Part shown: positions 5,768-9,417 of the stretch, one piece after another
How positions within the stretch are numbered: position 1 is the stretch's first letter
Layout of the letters: the number at the start of each line of letters is the position of its first letter
Source: a virus
Lineage: Duplodnaviria > Heunggongvirae > Uroviricota > Caudoviricetes
IMG/VR virus record: IMGVR_UViG_2700989509_000013
Length of the DNA: 9,417 nucleotides
Direction: 5' to 3' (one strand)
Notes under the pieces: model-generated
What the model saw: only the letters and a program-made list of their open reading frames with translations
Told to the model about the DNA's origin: nothing
Database searches by the model: none
Position numbers and translations under genes: made by a program

Positions 5768-5789
5768 CCGCCCTTTCAGGCGGTCTCCT
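5768..5789 (-). promoter_or_regulatory. Hairpin between Shine-Dalgarno and start codon of the 187-aa gene
   Basis: Minus strand reads AGGAGA (plus 5784-5789), then stem CCGCC/GGCGG (5768-5772 with 5779-5783) with 6-nt loop, then UA-AUG. Folded, the SD-to-AUG spacing drops from about 19 nt to about 3. Confidence 0.3.
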
Positions 5790-5853
5790 GATGTTCTGAG
5801 GGTGCAGAAATCCCTCCGGTTAAGGATTAAATTTTTAACAGTGCTAAATTTAA

Positions 5854-6210
5854 TTATTCAGTTCTTGATTTTGCCGCCCTGCGTATACGTGCTTTCGCGT
5901 TACGCTCAATCTGAATTAGCTTTTCTATATTTCTCCGCCTTTCCCGTTCCTCCTGGCGCAAGAGCCTTACATCATCTGCCAGTCTGGTTTCTCTTTTCGC
6001 CATAGAGAGCATCCAGTCAAATGGCTCCACAACTGCACCGCAGATTTTACAGCGGACCTGACGCACTTTTTCGTCAACCCGGACAGAAGCGTGATGGCAA
6101 TATGGTCTTTCCGATGGCTCATAAAGAAAATTAACCTGATTACGTGGGTCATCCTCTTTTACCGGAAATAAAACAATATTACTTAACTCATCTTCTGGTT
6201 TTATTTCCAT
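5854..6210 (-). CDS. Hypothetical protein, 118 aa, possible zinc-ribbon (C-HH…C-x2-C) with basic C-terminal tail
   Basis: ATG 6208-6210 with AGGAGAGG 6 nt upstream. Contains YCHHASVRVDEKVRQVRCKICG and an Arg/Lys/Glu-rich C-terminal third. Overlaps the upstream gene by 23 nt. Confidence 0.6.
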   Translation of the reverse strand: MEIKPEDELSNIVLFPVKEDDPRNQVNFLYEPSERPYCHHASVRVDEKVRQVRCKICGAVVEPFDWMLSMAKRETRLADDVRLLRQEERERRRNIEKLIQIERNAKARIRRAAKSRTE

Positions 6211-6688
6211 GGTCCTCTCCTTTGATGCGAATGCCAGCGATAATTGAAGCCTGATAGCTAATTTTACTCACAGCCCCCCCCTGATAATTTCCCTGATAAA
6301 ACGCCAGCACTCGCTGCATAACTTCGCTCTTCCGGCACTCGCGACAGATTATATTCAGGCGCCTGTCGTAGCGACGTATTTCTCCGTCTGGTAATGACCA
6401 TATAAGGTCAGGATCAACCACAACCGGTTTCTTCAGCTTTGCCCTCGATAATTTTTTGCGGGCGTTTTGCCAGTCCTTACGCGCCTGTTCAGACGGGAAT
6501 AATCCGTAGCCTGAATTGTAAACATCACCACTGGCGACCAGTTCTCTGGCGAGAGTGCTTATGTAATACCTTGATGCACCGGTTTTAGCCTCCAGAGCCC
6601 GTAACGTCTCGCGACCGCTCAGACGTACAAGTTCAATAACCTGCCCTTTAATTTTTTCTCGCTCTTCTTGTGTAAAAACTTTTGCCAC
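6188..6688 (-). CDS. Hypothetical protein, 166 aa, GTG start, possible N-terminal HTH; occupies the position of a helicase loader but has no Walker motif
   Basis: GTG 6686-6688 preceded by AGGAGG with 4-nt spacer. N-terminal RETLRALEAKTGASRYYISTLAREL is HTH-like. No GxxGxGK[ST]. Confidence 0.6.
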   Translation of the reverse strand: MAKVFTQEEREKIKGQVIELVRLSGRETLRALEAKTGASRYYISTLARELVASGDVYNSGYGLFPSEQARKDWQNARKKLSRAKLKKPVVVDPDLIWSLPDGEIRRYDRRLNIICRECRKSEVMQRVLAFYQGNYQGGAVSKISYQASIIAGIRIKGEDHGNKTRR

Positions 6689-6728
6689 AAGTCCTCCTGA
6701 AAATTACCTCGTGACCTGAAATAAACAC

Positions 6729-7811
6729 TTACCCCCTGAAGCCCGGTGGAATTTCGGTATCCGGTTCAGAAATATGATTCACACAACGCTGGTTGTTCGT
6801 GCCGCTTACCGGGAGCAACCAGGGGTTTTCAAAATTTCGGTCCGGTCCAAAAAACGTCGTCGCTCGCTGAACAAATTCCGTTCCAGTTTTCCCGGTAACC
6901 GCCAGATATCTTGCGTAACGCCTCACGCCATCCAGCATGGCCTCTGGTGGCACCCCCTCGCGTAATCTGGCCTTCCAGGCACTGAAAGCGGATTTCTTCG
7001 GGTTTGCCCCGGCACGCAACGGGTACTCCCGCCAGACCTGTTCGAACACATCCGGATAATCCACTCGTCCCACAGACTGCCCGGTGTTTTCCGGGACTAC
7101 CCGATCGGCTTCCCACTGAATGGCGGAATCGGCTTCAGGCTGCTGCAGTTGGAGTGATTGCTCCGGCCTTGCGGTCATCACCTGCTGCACAGCGCCCGAA
7201 TCGGCTTTCAGCGCATACGCTGAATCGGCTTCCGGTGTCGTGCCTGCTGGCTGACCAGGATTGACGGTCTGAACATCCCCTGCCTGGTTCGTGGCGTTTT
7301 TTACGCCATGGACCATAGTGTTTTGATCTTCTTTATCTGTATCTTTATCTGTATCTTTATCTGTATCTTTATCTGTCGTGACTTGCCGTGACATGTGCGT
7401 GACATTTCGTGACGCGCCGTGACAATCGCCATTTTGTTCCCGCTTTCTTTCCCTCTCTCGCTGCGCCCTCTTGCGCTCTGCAGGAGATTTTGCGGTTTGC
7501 GAAATATTGCCGTTGTCCTCTTTCAGCACCTGGCGTTTTTCCCATCCAGTGATTAAATCACCATCAAGTACCCGCCCCTGCATCGTCTGCAAAATTGAAT
7601 CAATTACCTCTTCTGTCACGTCGAGCGCACTTGCCAAATCTTCTGTCGTGACATCAATGTGACCTCGCGTGACATTTCGTGACGCGCTCACCAGGAGGTG
7701 GATATACACTGCCATCACTGTTGCAATTGGCTGCCCTGACACCCTGGCAATTGTTCGCCACTTAGGGTCATTTGGCATGTCATGCCATAATCTGAGCCAG
7801 GCGTTGGCCAT
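6729..7811 (-). CDS. Phage replication initiator (lambda O-like replisome organiser) with iterons inside the coding sequence
   Basis: 360-aa ORF from ATG 7809-7811 (GAGGTGA just upstream; track start at 7817 is GTG). N-terminal MANAWLRLWHDMPNDPKWRTIA…, central DKDT x4 linker, C-terminal …FEQVWREYPLRAGANPKKSAFSAWKARL… resembling remembered phage replication-protein C-terminal domains. Sits directly downstream of the cro-like/YdaT-like genes. Confidence 0.7.
   Translation of the reverse strand: MANAWLRLWHDMPNDPKWRTIARVSGQPIATVMAVYIHLLVSASRNVTRGHIDVTTEDLASALDVTEEVIDSILQTMQGRVLDGDLITGWEKRQVLKEDNGNISQTAKSPAERKRAQRERERKREQNGDCHGASRNVTHMSRQVTTDKDTDKDTDKDTDKEDQNTMVHGVKNATNQAGDVQTVNPGQPAGTTPEADSAYALKADSGAVQQVMTARPEQSLQLQQPEADSAIQWEADRVVPENTGQSVGRVDYPDVFEQVWREYPLRAGANPKKSAFSAWKARLREGVPPEAMLDGVRRYARYLAVTGKTGTEFVQRATTFFGPDRNFENPWLLPVSGTNNQRCVNHISEPDTEIPPGFRG
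7329..7376. repeat. Tandem 12-bp repeat, about 4 copies (CTTTATCTGTAT; 6-bp periodicity TATCTK), AT-rich
   Basis: Read directly at 7331-7376; encodes the DKDTDKDTDKDTDK linker on the minus strand. Immediately adjacent to iteron array A. Confidence 0.9.
7375..7425. repeat. Iteron array A: five direct CGTGAC repeats at about 10.5-bp spacing (probable origin of replication)
   Basis: CGTGAC begins at 7377, 7387, 7398, 7408 and 7418 (spacings 10, 11, 10, 10), in phase with the DNA helix and flanked by the AT-rich tandem repeat. Confidence 0.7.
7645..7687. repeat. Iteron array B: four GTGAC repeats at about 10-bp spacing
   Basis: GTGAC begins at 7648, 7659, 7668 and 7678. A 21-bp stretch GCGTGACATTTCGTGACGCGC (7667-7687) is repeated exactly at 7397-7417 in array A. 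Confidence 0.6.
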
Positions 7812-7882
7812 ACTCACCTCTTTTGATACCGAATCTTTTTACTCACAAATTGCCGGAAGTGATCCGGTATGAATATTGCGAG

Positions 7883-8308
7883 TCAATGCACAGCCACAAT
7901 ATTTCCTGCAGGGCCACCTCGATTTATCTGGTTGAAACCAGCGATCGCCACTGCGACAAAATCATCAGCGTCTCTCACCAGTCGCTCCCGCGTCTCCACC
8001 AGCTCCCGAAAATAAGCTGAACTGTGGCTGCGCATTCTGGCCACCAGCAAAGGTGGCATTGCCTTTTCGATCGCTGGTAACAGCGCCTGAATTTTTTTAA
8101 CCGCATCAGGAGTATCTTTCTCCACCCAGCGGAAAATTTTCTGAGTATTGCGAGCCAGGGCTTCCGGATGGCTGTCGTCATACAGTTCAGGAAACGTCAT
8201 ACCCAACTCAAAATAAGCCTGGGTTATTCCAGCTGCTGGAACTTTTTCGCCATCAGGACGCGCCCAGGCATTCATCGCCATGCGGATGTGTTCATGCTTG
8301 ATTTTCAT
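7883..8308 (-). CDS. YdaT-like prophage regulatory protein
   Basis: 141-aa product begins MKIKHEHI…, matching the remembered N-terminus of Rac prophage YdaT. ATG at 8306-8308, GGAG 8 nt upstream; overlaps the cro-like gene end by 17 nt. Confidence 0.7.
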   Translation of the reverse strand: MKIKHEHIRMAMNAWARPDGEKVPAAGITQAYFELGMTFPELYDDSHPEALARNTQKIFRWVEKDTPDAVKKIQALLPAIEKAMPPLLVARMRSHSSAYFRELVETRERLVRDADDFVAVAIAGFNQINRGGPAGNIVAVH

Positions 8309-8567
8309 GAATCAACTCCGGTGTATTTGGTGTGTTAGCCTTATCTCCAGCAGGCAACCCGTCAGTTGGATTCGGGTATAAATCTGGTCGCAATTCATGA
8401 GGAGTAACCCCAGTTGCAATATAAATTTGACGAACCCGTTCTCCCGTCGGCACTCGACCATTGTATTCATTTGCCCATTTGTGTATTTGAGATGGCCAAG
8501 CCCCTATTGCACGCCCTAGCGGACGAATACCACCAGCAATCTTTATTGCTTTGTCCAATGCTGTCAT
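8292..8567 (-). CDS. Cro-like HTH regulator of the YdaS/DicC family
   Basis: 91-aa product with …LGRAIGAWPSQIHKWANEYNGRVPTGERVRQIYIATGVTPHELRPDLY…, the YdaS/DicC-type pattern (…HELRPD). ATG 8565-8567 with GGAGG 4-5 nt upstream; divergent from the repressor gene. Confidence 0.75.
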   Translation of the reverse strand: MTALDKAIKIAGGIRPLGRAIGAWPSQIHKWANEYNGRVPTGERVRQIYIATGVTPHELRPDLYPNPTDGLPAGDKANTPNTPELIHENQA

Positions 8568-8595
8568 ACAACCTCCAGTTCAACTAACCACAACG

Positions 8596-8624
8596 ATTGT
8601 TCACTTAAAACGAACATAAGTCAA
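8596..8624 (-). promoter_or_regulatory. PR-like promoter with overlapping operator (drives cro-like operon)
   Basis: Minus strand: -35 TTGACT (plus 8619-8624), 17-bp spacer, -10 AACAAT (plus 8596-8601). Spacer and -10 contain the inverted repeat TTGTTC-N9-GAACA (plus 8597-8617). Confidence 0.5.
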
Positions 8625-8636
8625 CACCTCGAGGAA

Positions 8637-8664
8637 TTGTTAGTGTTCACTGAACGGTTATAAT
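8637..8664 (+). promoter_or_regulatory. PRM-like promoter for the repressor gene, giving a leaderless mRNA
   Basis: -35 TTGTTA (8637-8642), 16-bp spacer, perfect -10 TATAAT (8659-8664), 6 nt before the ATG at 8671 with no Shine-Dalgarno. Spacer carries the GTTCAcTGAAC palindrome (8645-8655). Confidence 0.5.
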
Positions 8665-8670
8665 TGCCAA

Positions 8671-9060
8671 ATGGACATGAGAAAAAAGCAATACGACACC
8701 CCGCTAGCAGAAAGGTTAGATACGATCTCTCAACAGCATCATTTAAGTGGTTCAGATTTAGCGCGTATCGCTGGTGTAGGTCGTTCATCAGTCAACGCAT
8801 GGAAAAAAAGAGGAACAATCAGTAAAGATTCCGCAGCCAAAATTGCAGAAGCCACAAACGTTTCCCTTTCTTGGCTACTGACAGGGAAAGAAGAGACAAA
8901 TAGAGAGGCGCTTGATGATGACGAGAAGGCCCTGCTTGATGTTTACAGAAACCTGCCACCTGTAGAACGTAGAAATATGCTGGCAGCTTTTCAAATGCGA
9001 CTCCAAAAACTGACCGAATTTTACTCAGAATACGTCGACCCAATAACACGACAAAAATAA
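8671..9060 (+). CDS. DicA/CI-like phage repressor (XRE-family HTH, no peptidase domain)
   Basis: 129-aa product with N-terminal HTH (…LSGSDLARIAGVGRSSVNAWKKRGTIS…) and C-terminal helical region …LLDVYRNLPPVERRNMLAAFQMRL… resembling remembered DicA. Divergent from the cro-like gene. Confidence 0.8.
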   Translation: MDMRKKQYDTPLAERLDTISQQHHLSGSDLARIAGVGRSSVNAWKKRGTISKDSAAKIAEATNVSLSWLLTGKEETNREALDDDEKALLDVYRNLPPVERRNMLAAFQMRLQKLTEFYSEYVDPITRQK

Positions 9061-9081
9061 TTCTTTATTTTACAGAATCAT

Positions 9082-9112
9082 ACCGCCACAAGGCGGTTTT
9101 TTTTTGTTTTTT
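9082..9112 (+). terminator. Rho-independent terminator after the repressor gene
   Basis: Hairpin CCGCC-ACAA-GGCGG (9083-9096) followed by T9, G, T6. Confidence 0.6.
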
Positions 9113-9126
9113 ACGTATTCATCATG

Positions 9127-9155
9127 TTGACTTTTGTTCACCTAGAGAGAACAAT
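9127..9155 (+). promoter_or_regulatory. PL-like promoter with overlapping operator
   Basis: -35 TTGACT (9127-9132), 17-bp spacer, -10 AACAAT (9150-9155); perfect inverted repeat TTGTTC-N9-GAACAA at 9134-9154. Same design as the PR-like promoter. Confidence 0.45.
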
Positions 9156-9233
9156 GTATTCCATCAAAGCACAACGGTGCGACAGGTCTTAGTTCCGCTA
9201 CCCCGGCGTTAAGGGGAAACAGAGGATTTCTCA

Positions 9234-9417
9234 GTGGGCGAAGTCAAACATCAGAATGGAAGGCATCAAGGGATCAGCAAAGAAACAGCGATGGCGCTTT
9301 ATATTGACATCAGCGCCATTGCCGGACAGGTAAGAGTTATCAGAGCGGTAACTAAGCGGTATGCGCCTTTACTTCAGAAAGTCTCTGGTGAGTGCACCGA
9401 AGATATTGTCAACGATT
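9234..9417 (+). CDS. Partial ORF of the PL-like operon (5' end only; start uncertain, GTG 9234 or ATG 9290)
   Basis: Open to the window edge: (V)GEVKHQNGRHQGISKETAMALYIDISAIAGQVRVIRAVTKRYAPLLQKVSGECTEDIVND. AGAGGA lies 7 nt upstream of the GTG. No family recognised. Confidence 0.25.
   Translation, partial: MGEVKHQNGRHQGISKETAMALYIDISAIAGQVRVIRAVTKRYAPLLQKVSGECTEDIVND

Noticed and set aside
5592-6152. Plus ORF 5592-6005 and minus ORF 5967-6152
   Set aside because: Antisense or alternate frame within the 187-aa and 118-aa genes, which have strong RBS and start signals.
7329-7425. Possibility that the short direct repeats are a CRISPR array
   Set aside because: Repeat units are 6-12 bp, contiguous or helically phased with no unique spacers, and lie inside an intact coding frame; this fits iterons and a tandem repeat, not CRISPR.
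7852-7866. Hairpin CCGGA-AGTGA-TCCGG between the YdaT-like and O-like genes, read as a terminator
   Set aside because: No U-tract follows on either strand; more likely a minor structural or regulatory element, or chance.
6774-7872. ORFs 6774-6965 (+), 6829-7116 (-), 7004-7264 (+), 7471-7662 (+), 7669-7872 (+)
   Set aside because: All lie within or antisense to the O-like initiator gene; none has an independent start signal.
7823-8181. ORFs 7823-8020 (+) and 7975-8181 (-)
   Set aside because: Antisense or alternate frame within the YdaT-like gene.
8819-9049. 76-aa minus-strand ORF
   Set aside because: Antisense within the well-supported repressor gene.

Overview
This 9.4-kb window reads as one contiguous piece of a lambdoid (Qin/Rac-like) enterobacterial prophage, with almost every gene on the minus strand. 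All calls come from reading the sequence and from remembered protein families; no search was run. Right to left: a divergent immunity switch (DicA/CI-like repressor on +; Cro/DicC-like and YdaT-like on -), an O-like replication initiator with two internal iteron arrays and a 12-bp tandem repeat (probable origin), a block of small unrecognised genes (166 aa, 118 aa, 187 aa, plus a 27-aa hydrophobic peptide), an AT-rich spacer, a hok-family type I toxin locus, two small ORFs, the operon DUF968(YdfU-like)-RusA-Q, a three-tRNA cluster, a cargo slot holding a disrupted TerB-like gene and an unlisted 55-aa membrane ORF, and the 5' end of a DUF1737-like late gene. No CRISPR array, integrase, transposase or reverse transcriptase is visible. 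The best candidates for something undescribed are the 187-aa/27-aa peptide pair, the 166-aa/118-aa pair sitting where a helicase loader is expected, and the TerB-like/membrane-ORF cargo module; none can be assigned a function from sequence alone.
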